Notes: generated by a model not told the origin, from the letters alone. DNA of 54,183 nt from Carcharhinus longimanus (GCA_030264375.1 JASCQW010000168.1:12684197-12738379); one strand, 5' to 3'. Shown: positions 13,176 to 24,975, counted from the stretch's first letter. Numbers and translations are program-made.

Positions 13176-13325
13176 TCTTTGGACTGAAGGCAGGAGTATG
13201 ACAGAAATGTTCCCGGGAAACAGTTCTTGTCCTGGCATCTGTCGCATGGAATAGTCCAGAGCGGAAGGGCTCCGAAAAATAACTGCTGAGCATCTGTCTT
13301 GCACAAAAAATGTTGCAAGAAGATT
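13176..13325 (-). CDS. Candidate KCNMA1 C2 cassette exon, 50 codons: (Q)SSCNIFCARQMLSSYFSEPFRSGLFHATDARTRTVSREHFCHTPAFSPK
   Basis: Branch-like ACTCAC, then a short N stretch where the pyrimidine tract would be, then cag|AATCTTC...CCAAAGA|gtgacc. 150 nt, phase 1/1, stop-free. Donor is moderate. Confidence 0.35.
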
Positions 13326-14510
13326 CTGNNNNNNNNNNNNNNNNNNNNNNNAGGGTGAGTTTCATGACAACCAGCAACATTCAGAAAATGAAAATGCAAA
13401 CATAATTTCCATGTCACCACATATAAACCCTCCACTGAATTCACAGCAGAAGATGCAGACAGCATCATTTCCAGCCTGTCCACATCACAACAAACCACTC
13501 ACTGTTTAGTTTCCAGTGACCCTGGTAAAAACACTGTAGTAACAAGCCCAAGCTAACGACCGCCTTTAGCAATAGAAATTCCTGACCTCTCTTCTTAAAG
13601 CTCCAGCCCCTCTTCCAGTTGGCCTGCACAGGTTGTCTTTTAAATGTCATCTTGATGCAACGCCCCCTTTAAAATGTTTGCATGGCATTAAGAACAGGTT
13701 AGCAGTGCACAGAAAGAAAAAGGACATTGCTTCCCATTGTTTAACTACATTGGTACTTCACAGTATCATTTGGATAACAAACAGGGTCCAACAGTTTGAA
13801 ATTGCTTAGATCCATTTTTGCACACATTAATTACACACTGATCCTTTGCTGCAAGCATTCAAAGATCCCCTCCAAGCAATACTCCATTCTCACTTAGCTA
13901 TACATGGAATTCCCTATTAAACCTCATCACTGCAAAGACAAGCTCAAGGTGACCAACCGCCACCTTGTCAGGGCAACTACAAATTGAGCAACAATTGCAG
14001 CCTGGCAAAAGTCACTCACATCCCGAAAACAAACACTATCATAAGATAGGCTCAGACAAAAAAAAGACACTTGTGGTTGGCAATTTCATCTTTCCAGAAT
14101 GGCCTCTCTCTATTTTTTTTAAAACTGAAGCCAGAAAGCTGCTTTGTGCTCAACCATAATTCCCTGCAATCCATTCCAACTTTCTTTCAGAATGAAAAGT
14201 AGAATACTGTGGAAATCTAAAATAAGAAACAGAAGATGCTAGGGATGCTCAACAGGTCAGGCACCATTTGTGGAGAGAGAACTGGAGTTAACGTTCTGCG
14301 ACCTTTCATCAGAAGTCGGAAAAGTTAGAAATTTAATTGGTTTTGAGCAACGGGAGGGGTTGCACAAAGACTAAAGGTAGGTCTGTGATCGGGTGCAGAA
14401 CAGGAGTGATGGGATGATCCTGGGCCTCGGAAAAACCCAGCCCTTGCTCAAAACCTAATACATTCCTGACTTTTCCCAGTTGTAATGAAAGACCACAGGC
14501 TTGAAATGTT

Positions 14511-16187
14511 GGACCTGAATTTATGCACAGGTGAAAACTGCAAAAATGGCACTAGAGGCCTGAATTGGAAATCCTGCCCAGTCCCACCCAGGAGAGGTAA
14601 TGGGGGCAAATTGAACTTTGCACATCTCTGGCCCTCAGAGGCAGGTGCACACTTTAACATGTGCAGCTGCCTCCAGTCTGATCTAATTGTTACTAGGAGT
14701 TGGAAATATGATGTGCGCATTACACCTGGTAGTTGAAGATTTAAATTTACAGGAATTATTTGGAGTGATAGGGTACCCTTTTTGAAATGGCCCCAGGATG
14801 GCTTTGTGAGAGGTCTTGGGGGAAAGGTGAGGTGCCCTTTGGGATTGTTCAAAGTAAACATGAATGTGTGTAATAGTGGATAAACAGTCAAGCTCATTGG
14901 AATACTCAAGCTCAATTGACCTGTCAAACAGAGATGTCACAGGGAACTGTCAAACTGTCAAGGCAACTGTCAAGGCTCACTGGAACTGTCAAGTTCCAGT
15001 GAACTGTCAACTGGAATTAAATATCCAAGCTTTTAATTAAAAAAAAAGTTTGCAGGGCTAAAGAAAACTGCTGCTTGCTAACACTTTGCCTGTTAACATA
15101 AGACTCAGGGTTATCATTATAGGATTAGTGCTGCATCACTGATTTCACAATCTATCATTATCACAGTAGGTTGCCTGTCAATTCCCATCTTGATTGACTG
15201 CTCAAGGTGGTTATAAAGCTTTTCATTTTATTTTCTTCATTCACGGGAAATGGGTGTTGCTAGCTGGCCAGCATTTATTGCCCTTCCCAGTTGCCCTTGG
15301 AGGGCAGTTGAGAGTCAACCACATTGCTGTGGCTCTAGAGTCACATGTAGGCCAGACCAAGTCATAAGGATGGCAGATGTTCTTCCCTAAGTGAATCAGA
15401 TGGGATTTTCCAACAATCGACAATAGTTTCAAGGCCATTGGTGGATTCTCAATTACAGAGTTTTTTAGTGAATTCAAATTCTACAATCTGCCATGGCAGG
15501 ATTTGAACCTAGGCCCCCAGAACATTAACTGAATTTGTGGATTAATAGTCTAGTGATAATACCAGTAGGCCATCGCTTCCCCGATCAAGTCTTTGGGGCC
15601 GTGAAAACAAATGTTCTAAGAGATTAAATGGTTGAAGAAATTTAAGTGTAACAAATGGGTTAACAATGACAGTGTTCTTTTAAACAGTGAATTTATCTAT
15701 AGACACTTAAAACTTTATTTTTTCCCAACATGATCCTGAGATCTGCCCATGCTAGATACTCCATCTGAGGGTACAGGGGATAGGAGTGCATGGGTGGGCA
15801 CTAAATTGACATTGCTGCTATAAAGGGCCATGGGAGGTTGGTGGAGGGGCACAGGTTGGCAAGGAGGGCATGAGTTGGCATGGAGGGATCATGGGAGTGC
15901 GGGGAGTGGGTTGAGGACTAGAGGACTGTTACTTGTTTTATTGGGTTTTGCAGCTGGGACCGAGTACCAGGTCACTGAGGCCTGCCTTTTGTCCAGCTCA
16001 CCCCTGAATCCAGAAGCTCACATGCTATCTCAGAACTGTTTCTGAGGGGAGTAGGTCTGACTCCCAAAGAAACCCAACACCCTGAAATAAAACCCAAACT
16101 TCTGGGGCACTTTCTCCCACGTGGTGGTTATGAAGCCTGGAATTCTTTCAACTCTGAGCCCCCGACCCAAGAGTGAAAATTCAGGCC
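14511..16187. mobile_element. Putative non-autonomous DNA transposon, possibly Harbinger-like
   Basis: Termini gg(a)cctgaattt ... aaattcaggcc, flanked by gtt/att (imperfect 3-nt duplication). No transposase ORF. Confidence 0.45.
15235..15582 (-). mobile_element. tRNA-derived SINE
   Basis: Minus-strand head gggaagcgatggcctactggta (A box) and ggttcaaatcc (B box). The tail is related to the fragment near 18830-19030. Confidence 0.7.
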
Positions 16188-17579
16188 ATTAACTCTTTCT
16201 CTCTCCACGGATGCTGTGTAGCTTGCTGAGTTTTCCTAGCATTTCTGATTTTGTTTAAGAACAATTTTGCCATTTCTTCCAAACTTGTCCCCACAAGCTT
16301 GAACCATAATTTTATGTCCTGATGCTTTGACGTGGAAACAGAAGCAGACAAACTCAATCAAACTACTTGCATACGAAAAACAAGTTTGAAGCTGAGTTTT
16401 GGGATCATTGTATATGGAATAAAGTCCAGCAACAAGCAGAGTTGTTCCAGCCCTTGTTCATCCCAAATCCTATAAGGTTTTCTGTAGATCCCATTTCTAC
16501 CCCGGACTTAGTAAGAAAAAGATAAGTGAGCATATGACTTTAATGTTCACATTTGTACTGTGTATGCATGTGAAGGCTAACCTTTTTATGGGATTATTGC
16601 TAAAATAGCTTGACTGCTTTGCTTCCTTGATTGCTCTAGATCAGTAAGTGTTTGTTAAGTAAACATACATTGTAGATTCACCTGTATTATGTGAGTGGTG
16701 TGTGCAAGGTGTCTTCTACTGAAATCATGTTGATGAAACAGTGTTGCTGGAGCCACATCTGTGACTAGTCAGCACTTTATGGTGCCCCTGTACAGGTTTA
16801 ATAAGAGATGATCAGGGGATGTAATGAGGTTTCTGTAGCTAACACTATTACCACTGCTGTACCCTGTTGATATGTGCGAACATGTTGGTATGTTTGTACC
16901 TCTGCAATATGATATATTCTGCCACCTGCCAAATATTTTCCATGCTTGACAAAATAATGAGTTGCTCTCCATGGACCAATAACATTTCTACAGTTTAACT
17001 TATTCAGAGTTCAATGGCATAATTGTGTTGATGAATGCACCTTTAGCTTGTACTAATGCAAAAGCATTTGCATCAATCATTCCAACAGGAATTACTGTGC
17101 AGCTAAAAGATAGAAAGACTGCTGTGTGACTATTCTCCTGCTCATCCATTTTCCAATAGCCTCCCTTCATTTCCAATCTGGTATAAAATAATGAAATGTG
17201 AGTCAATTATGATTTTAATCTACTACTAAACTAATCCATATTCCTCTGAGGGAATGATTTGTTAATGTTGTACAGCTAAAGCAACAGTACCATTCAACCA
17301 AGTCATTTAAATATCAGTGTGATTAAAAAATTACTGTGGAACTGTGAAAATTGTGAACCGGTTGGAGCAATTTAATAGCCCACAGCCCTTCCAGCCTCAC
17401 ACGATAGGATCAAGTCCAATGAAGATAAAAGGATAAAAGGCTCCCCTTCTTATAATTTGTAAAGCTTTTGTAGAATTATTTTTGACAGTATCAACTAAGT
17501 TCTCATTGGGCACAGGGCCACAACTACAAAAATGGACAATAATTTGGACAGCTATTGGTCCTTCCATCTAGTGCAGGAT

Positions 17580-17794
17580 CAGTAAGAAGTCTCGCAACAC
17601 CAGGTTAAAGTCCAACATGTTTATTTGGAGTCATGAGCTTTCAGAGCACTGCTTCTTCCTCAGGTGAGTGACTCGCCCGAGGAAGGAGCAGTGCTCCGAA
17701 GGCTTGCGATTCCAAATAAACCTGTTGGACTATAACCTGGTGTTGCGAGACTTCTTATTGTGTCCACCCCAGTCCAACACCGGCATCTCCACAT
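17580..17794. mobile_element. Palindromic Penelope-type (inverted pseudo-LTR) non-autonomous element
   Basis: Arms of about 88 nt (17580-17667 and 17672-17760) are reverse complements with scattered mismatches. The 9-nt direct repeat catctagtg flanks it (17565-17573, 17792-17800). Confidence 0.75.
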
Positions 17795-19969
17795 CTAGTG
17801 TCAGAGATTAGTGTGTGGATACAACAGTGGACAATTGCACGCTCTTTGAATCTCAATGAGAGTTTTGATCATTCAGGACATAAGCAGGAAGTCCAAGGTC
17901 CTGGAAATATTGTAGAAAAGAACCATAGGATAGATCCTTCCTTGCTGGCAACTTAGCTATAAAGAGAGATTTTTAAAAACTGTTTCAAATTATACCATGA
18001 TGGTAAGGAATGAGAAAACCTATTCAAGCTAAGAAAAATCAAACTTAGGAATGACGAACATTTGGAATGGACTTCCAGGTCAAGCAGTGGAGCCAAAGCT
18101 CATTTAAGGAACAGTTGGATGCTGGGGTAGGCAATTGAAGATTATTTTTGGAAGGGTGAATAAGAATTCATTGAATAGCCTTATTTAGGTTTTGCCACTT
18201 TGTAGCCAGATTCAATAAGACTGTGCAAGGAGCTGTGCGCCACATCCTTAGTGCTGTCATAAAGACTCAATACCATCCCCCACCTTGTATCAAAAAGTGA
18301 AAACATTTTTAACAGAAGAACCAAGCCTTGGATGGGTAATGTTTATGATACTAAATATAACATCGTGCAAGAAATGGGTGACATAATGTACATTTCCTGT
18401 GATAAATGGCCTGAGGGAAGTGGGGGAGGAAATGGTTTTGTGGCATGAACAAATGTGAATTTTGGATCTCTGAAAATGGAGCACCGGACCTTTCAGTGAA
18501 CTCCAGATACCAATTAGGCATTGTATTGTAGCTCATCAGTTAGAGAATTCCCAAAATTGTCCAATTTGGACAGCAAGGTCCTGTGGGTATGTTCTGAAGG
18601 AAAGTGGGGCCAAAAATATTCCTGTTCTTCCCATCTCAAATTCGAGGCAAGCTTAAAAACATAAATTTGCCTTTACATTCGAGGCCCCCAGTGGCCAAGG
18701 ACCATAGTGTAACTGGAAACACTGAGGGGCCCATACTGGGTGCATACTCCACACCAATTTGGACAAGTTAACCAGAGAAACCCTAGAATTGGTAATAGGC
18801 TCCTTTAATTGACATATCTCAAGTGAAAGAATCCAGCTGTCCTTTCTCGTGTGGCCTACATTTGACTGGGTCCCCACATTATGTGCTTGACCCTGAACTG
18901 TCCCTCCAAAGTGATCTAGCAATCAATTCAGTCATATCAAAATAATAGGGGGCATCCCAGTACCATTATCTCAGGGCATACAGGGACAAGCAAACATAGC
19001 CAGTGACATCCACATCCCAGTGTGAAAAGAAAAGTGGATTTATAGCTGTTGACCGTGGCTTGGGATCTTGGTGTTTTTTGTTCTCCCTAACCAAGGGGCA
19101 CTGAGAATTAGCAAAGCACTTGTAGTATCATATTTACTGACCTGTCTGGGCTCAAGTAATTTGAACACTTTTGGTTTTAAATTCTGAAACAAAATAGGGA
19201 CCAGAGCATGGTCTCTCTCACCTAGCAGCCCTGCAATGTGAGGAGGATGCTCGTCACCTAGCCCATAGCAAGAGCTTGCATGTGGAGTTGTTTAACATGG
19301 GAGGTTGGTGCACTGCAGCTATCAAATGGTTCTGGTTGCTCTTACCACCTGCCACAGAAGTATTGGAAGGATCTACATGTAGATAATCAACCTGCTTGGG
19401 CCACACCACAAACACACCTTCCAAAGTCATCAAGTCCTGGGATGAGACTTGAAGCCAGTCCTTTTGACTCAAAGGTAGGTGCACCACCCACTGCACCCCA
19501 AAACGTGCACAGAGTGAGACCTACTCTATCCACATAGCTCAGTGATTCACTAGGTAAACTGGGGAACCATAACAGAATTACTTCATGTGTGATTTTAATC
19601 AGTGCTGCTGGGGTGATGGCACATGTAAGTAGAAGTTTATAAAAATGTCATATTATTTAATCTCCATGTAACATTTGTGCTTTTCAGTTCTTCAAATGCT
19701 AACAAAAATGGAATAAAAGTCAGATTGAATAAGATTAAAATAACACTTTGGCAGTTAATCTAACATCAAGGCTCGCTCACTCCAGCTACACATAATCCAG
19801 TCCCAATAAAGAAACAACTGATCTGCCAAGTATTGCTCTGCTTGGCTCAGGACTGTACTTTGACCAAGGTTTTAATTTAATAGGAGTGGATAGGAATGGT
19901 GCTCTTTAATCACCAACTTGGAACAAGATTTTTGAATAACATCAGCAAAGACACGCTAGTTAGGTGCAC

Positions 19970-20100
19970 TGGCCGTGCTAAATTCTCCCACAGTGTACCC
20001 GAACAGGCGCCAGAGTGTGGCAACTAGGGGATTTAAACAGTAATTCCATTGCAGGGTTACTGTGAGCCTACTTGTGACACTAATAAATAAATAAATGGAA
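19970..20100 (+). mobile_element. 5'-truncated HE1-related SINE, type-2 tail
   Basis: gtgctaaattctccc...gcctacttgtgacactaataaataaa matches the tails at 35789, 49156 and 52045 in reverse complement. Confidence 0.75.
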
Positions 20101-20744
20101 ATGGTAACTGGGTAAAAGTACTTATGAAAAGGCAGTGAATGAGACATACACATACCAGCTGTGGTTGTACACTGTACAATGTCGTTGGGCAGTGTCTTGT
20201 ATACAATTAACTGGAAATAGTACACTGCAACTCTGGACCTAAATCAGTATTCATATGTAATAGGAGTTGTACACTCCAGTTCTATACTTGAAACAAGATT
20301 TGTACACAACAGGAGTGCATTATTGGAAACTCATTAATGTGTCTTCGCGGTTAGTAGCCCATTTTTCTCTGATTATGTTTTCAGCAATTTTATTTTACTT
20401 GAAATTAGATATAAATTTCCTCACTATGATCCCATCAGAAAGTTGATTGCAGCTTATCAATCCATTTGGCAACCCGTAGATAGGATTAGATATTGTTTTC
20501 CACTTCAAGAGCCCTTGTCAGCAACTATTTATTCATAATCTGATTTTGGAAATTGATTTTCTTAATTGGCCATGGTTTTACTGTTCTTAAAATTGCCCAC
20601 TATTAAATAAACATGCTTATTCTGCTCTTGCTGTGAAAAGAGTCAGCATTGGCAAAAAGAATGCATGGTCAATTTGCTCCCAGTCCACTCCCAGAGTTGC
20701 TCATAACCAACCACCAGGCAGCGTCCAGGTCAGCTGGTTACAAG

Positions 20745-20900
20745 ATAGGAGTGCAAGGAACAGAATTAGGCCATTCAGCCCCTCAAGCTTGATCTACCAT
20801 TCAATGAGACCATGAATGATTTATAACTCAACTCCGTTCTCCCACCTTTGCTCCATTTACCCCAAACCTTTACCCAACAAAAATCTCTCTCTTCCCCACA
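20745..20900 (-). mobile_element. CR1-like LINE 3' end fragment, degenerate
   Basis: ggccattcagcccctcaagc...accattcaatgagaccatg is similar to the copies at 21540 and 21980. Confidence 0.6.
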
Positions 20901-21539
20901 GTGGGAGGTAGAGGACTACAAATGCTGGCGTTGCAGACATGACAGCTGCAAGATATCTTCTTGGAACCGGGCATTTTGCAAGAGAGGAGTTTGGAGCCCA
21001 GGGGAGGAGTTTGAAGCTTGGGCAAACAGTTCACCCCATGAGGCAGGCAAGTCAGTCCATTAAGAGCATAGATAAGGTAAGTTTAGGAGGCTGACTGGGA
21101 TTTTCCAGTTATTTCCCAACACGGTAGATCATCTGCCTGGAGGCTGTCGCCAGGTGTGCCTTTGATTCTAGCAGGCCTACAGACCACCTTGCCTGACTAA
21201 GTGGAGCACAGCCAAAGACCACCTTGAGGGACACATCACCACCCTCCTCCACCAACCAACCCCCGCTTCCCACTGTGGTGACCTGGTTGTTTTTCTTTTT
21301 GTTTTTTAATGAAAATTTTCAACACAGCTCAAAGTGCACCTTCTTATTGAAGTGTGCACCCAGTTACCTACATTCTACTACAGCTGAGTGGCTCCACCAT
21401 TGTGAGGCATTTCCCCATGCTGAATGGACAGGAACCTGTCTCCTTATCAATTAATTTGAAAATCCCATGTGCTTCCCTTAGCAAGTTTCCCCAAGAAAAT
21501 CCAATCAATGCTCCCACCATTGGCAAAAATTTCAGCCTC

Positions 21540-21785
21540 AACATAGGAATATAGGAATTAGGAGCAGAAGTAGGCAATTTTAGCCCTTCCAGCCTGCTCT
21601 GCCAATCAGATCATGGCTGATTTCTCAGCGGTCTCAAATATACCTCCCTATCTCCCATATCCATTTAATCTATATTCTAAAAATCAGAAATATATCTATT
21701 TCCTTCTTGAAACCATTTAATGATTCAGACTCCACCATGCTATGGGACAGCGAGTTCCAAAAATTCACCACCCCCTGTGAGAAGC
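21540..21785 (-). mobile_element. CR1-like LINE 3' end
   Basis: cataggaattaggagcagaagtaggc..agcccttccagcctgctctgcca tail motif followed by RT-terminal sequence. Confidence 0.75.
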
Positions 21786-21979
21786 CTTGCTTGTCTCCGT
21801 TCTGTGCTAATATTTGTTGGTATTATTGTTCTCCAGTCTAGACATTAAACTAGGTAAGTTCTGATGTATAGCTGCCATTTCTTTTTAATTTAGAGGTTTG
21901 GAATGATTTTTCTGCCCCTTTTTGCGTACTGTCTCAACACAAAAGATGTGTGTGGCAGAGGTGGGCGGCTATGCTTCTA

Positions 21980-22112
21980 AGAACATAAGAAATAGGAGCA
22001 GGAGTAGGCCATCTAGCCCTTCGAGCCTGCCCCGCCATTCAATAAGATCATGGCTGATCTGAAGTGGGTCAGTTCCACTTTCCCGCTTTCTCCCCATAAC
22101 CCTTAATCCCCT
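21980..22112 (-). mobile_element. CR1-like LINE 3' end
   Basis: aagaacataagaaataggagcaggagtaggccat...aagatcatggctgatct. Confidence 0.8.
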
Positions 22113-22117
22113 TTCTC

Positions 22118-22358
22118 TTTCTCTCAGAGGGTGGTGAGTCTGTGGAATTCACTGCCCCAGGGTCTGGTGGATGTCGGGTCTTTGGGTAAATTTAAGGAAG
22201 AGGTAGACAGATTTTTAATGGGTTTGAAGGGTTAGGGTGAATGGGCAGGAAGGTGGAGTTGAGGCTGAGATGAGATCAGCCCTGACTGTATTAAATGGCG
22301 GGGCAGGCTCGAGGGGCTGAATGGCCTACTCCTGGTCCTAGTCCTTATGATTCTTATG
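22118..22358 (+). mobile_element. CR1-like LINE 3' end, inverted relative to its neighbour
   Basis: ttctctcagagggtggtgagtctgtggaattcactgccc encodes FSQRVVSLWNSLP, the CR1 ORF2 C-terminus; ends in gcctactcctggtcct...ttcttatg. Confidence 0.85.
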
Positions 22359-22409
22359 GTCAGCAGGAGGTAAACCTTCATCTAAATGCTAATTAATAAT
22401 TGGTATTTG

Positions 22410-23190
22410 GATTCCGCCGAGATCTCTGTAGCTTCATCCATGCCCACGACCTTCCGAGATCTCTATCTCCTCCAACCCTATAACCTTCTGAGATATCTGT
22501 ATCCTCCTCCAGTCCTACAACCCTCCATAATCTCTGTAGCCTCTTCCAGTCCTAAACCCTCCGAGATCTCTACCCCTGTAGCTTCATCCAGCCCTCCAAT
22601 CCTCCGAGATCTCTATATAATCTCCTCCAACCCTATAACCTTCTGAGATATCTGTATCCTCCTCCAGCCCTACAACCCTCCATAATCTCTGTAGTCTCTT
22701 CCAGTCCTACAACCCTCCAAGATCTCTACCCCCTGGCTTCATCCAGCCCTCCGATCCTCCGAGATCTCTATCTATCTCCTCCAACCCTATAACCTTCTGA
22801 GATATCTGTATCCTCCTCCAGCCCTACAACCCTCCATAATCTCTGTAGCCTCTTCCAGTCCTACAACCCTCCAAGATCTCTACCCCGTGGCTTCATCCAG
22901 CCCTCCGATCCTCCGAGATCTCTATATAATCTCTTCCAACCCTACAAACTTCTGAGATATCTATATCCTCCTCCAGTCCTACACCCCTCCATAGTCCCTG
23001 TAGCCTCTTCCAGTCCTACAGCCCTTCATGATCTCTATCTTTATAGCCTCCTCCAACCCTATGACCTCTTGAGATATCTGTATCCTCCTCCAGCTCTGTC
23101 TGAGATCTCTATCTCTGTTTCCTCCTCCAGCCTTACAGCCCTCCGAGAGCTCTCTGTTTCTCCAATTCCATCCTCTGACATCTCTGTTTT
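22410..23190. repeat. Minisatellite with ~39-nt monomers in a ~155-nt higher-order repeat
   Basis: ctgagatatct(g/a)tatcctcctccag recurs at 22488, 22643, 22797 and 22952, with a variant at 23069. Monomer core is ctccagccctacaaccctccgagatctct. Confidence 0.92.
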
Positions 23191-23505
23191 TTTTACTCCA
23201 GTCCAACGCTGGCATCTCTACATCATTTCTGCGTCCCACCACCTGAACCCCCCCAACCCCTCTCTCCCTTAAAACCAACCTGTCCGGCCAAGTTATTTGT
23301 CGCCCATTCCAATACCTCCCTAATTAGGTCAGTTTTGACATTTGCTTGACAAACATCACCTCTTCCAGTCATTGTAGGTGCTACGTAAATGCCAAGTTGT
23401 TGTTTGACCCAGTAGATCAGAAGAACACCCCCCCCCAGTTCAGGTCTGTAATTCCTTCTTGGTTTAACCTCTGTGCTTTCTCCTTCCCCCCCTCCTCCCC
23501 CTCAG

Positions 23506-24650
23506 AGCCCTACATCCAGTCACGGTTCTACCGCTCTCCGGAGATTCTCCTGGGCCTCCCCTTCTGTGAGAAGGTGGACATGTGGTCTCTGGGCTGCGTG
23601 ATGGCCGAACTGCACCTGGGCTGGCCCCTCTACCCCGGCAACAGCGAGTATGACCAGATCAGGTACATCGTGGAAACACAGGGGCTGCCAAAGGACCACC
23701 TTCTCAACGCGGCCACCAAGGCCAGCCACTTCTTCAGACGCAACCCCCGGCAGCACTCGCCTCAGCAGTGGCAGCTCAAGTGCGCGGCCGATTACCAGGT
23801 CGAGACCATGATCCAGCCGCTGGAGAGGAGGAAGTACGTCCTGAAGTCCTTGGACCAGCTGGAGACCATTAATATTGCCAAGACTGTCTTCCCCGATGAC
23901 GAGGTCATCGCTGAGTTCCACGATCGGAGAAACATGGTGGAGCTGATCAAAAGGATGCTCACCTTGGACTCTCACGAGCGAATCACGCCCAGCGCCGCCC
24001 TGAAGCATCCCTTCGTCACCATCCAGCAACTGAAGGCCACACACGAACACACCAAATATTACGAGCTGTCGGTCCAAGGCCTCAACGCGGCCCTGAACTG
24101 CGACAGGCGGGTGCTGGCCGACCGCCATTACTACAACATGGCCGACGAGGCCTACTACCCCACCTCGGACTACTACGAGTGCCGGCAGGCCCGCCACATC
24201 CCCAGCATCAGCTCGATGCAGAGGGCCATCGACAAGATGGACAGCCTAACCATCGAGGAGCCGGGGGCCCTGAACTTGTGGCCTGAGGGAGCAGGCAACG
24301 CGGGCTACCAGCCCTCGACCTCCAAGGCCGGCAGCTCCACGTGCCTGCCCCACTCGTACCACCACGGGGCCTGCTACAGGGCCAGCTACCCTGCCCACCG
24401 GCACAGGAAAGAGCCGGTCATGGGTTACTATGCCAACCGGTGTGGGATGAAGCAGCGAAACGTTCCCCACCATTCCCAGTCGGATCACAATTTCGGCAGT
24501 TTGATCTTACTCGGGCAGGAGCCTTCCACGGAGGTCATTGGCTGGGAGGAGGAAGAGACGGAGGCCATCTTCTCCACGCCCTCATCCTCGGCTCAGGAAA
24601 CCAAGAGGCCGGAGGAGCTCTCGGCCGCTAAAGAACCTTCAGGTCCTGAG
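23506..24650 (+). CDS. HIPK4: HIPK4-like kinase, large internal exon (kinase C-lobe plus C-terminal region)
   Basis: Long pyrimidine tract then cag|AGCCCTAC. Encodes EPYIQSRFYRSPEILLGLPFCEKVDMWSLGCVMAELHLGWPLYPG..ERRKYVLKSLDQ, typical of HIPK4. Probable donor GAG|gtaaac; otherwise the frame stops at 24665. High GC at third codon positions. Confidence 0.88.
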
Positions 24651-24819
24651 GTAAACCCCAGGTGAAAGTGCGTGGCGACCGTGAGGTGTGGACAAGGTGG
24701 CATCCAACTCTAGAAACGTTTAAACAAGAGCTTTGGGGCAGGTGAAGCCAGGGTGAAGGCTTTCAGGTGTCTTTTGTGGCTCCGGGTCAGTCAATGAGAC
24801 AGGAGTGGGTATTGAACAC

Positions 24820-24975
24820 ACTGACTCTGCAATGTAGGCAACAGACATTGGCCTTTATAGCGAGGGGGATAGAATATAAAAGTAGGGAGGTCTTGCTGCG
24901 ACTGTACAGGGCACTGGTGAGGCCGCAGCTGGAGTACTGTGTGCAGTTTTGGTCGCCGCACTTGCGCAAGGATAT
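24820..24975 (+). mobile_element. CR1 LINE ORF2 fragment
   Basis: Encodes LAFIARGIEYKSREVLLRLYRALVRPQLEYCVQFWSPHLRKD, a hallmark CR1 segment; runs into a gap. Confidence 0.9.

Larger units (their letters stand above)
14200..16257. mobile_element. Nested repeat complex; outer Penelope-type inverted-repeat element (about 14200-14510 and 16188-16257)
   Basis: 14225-14292 (aaacagaagatgctaggg...gtggagagaga...gagttaac) is an inverted match to 16188-16257. The right arm motif gaaatgtt|aactc is split by an insertion. Confidence 0.6.

Noticed and set aside
22410-23190. CRISPR-like periodic repeats
   Set aside because: Monomers abut with no unique spacers, there are no cas genes, and the context is vertebrate; this is a minisatellite.
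23346-23505. N-terminal part of the 439-aa ORF
   Set aside because: It starts at TTG and runs through a repeat tail and a pyrimidine tract; it is intron sequence that happens to be open.
23520-24488. Minus-strand ORFs of 225 and 80 aa
   Set aside because: Antisense shadows of the GC-rich HIPK4 coding frame.
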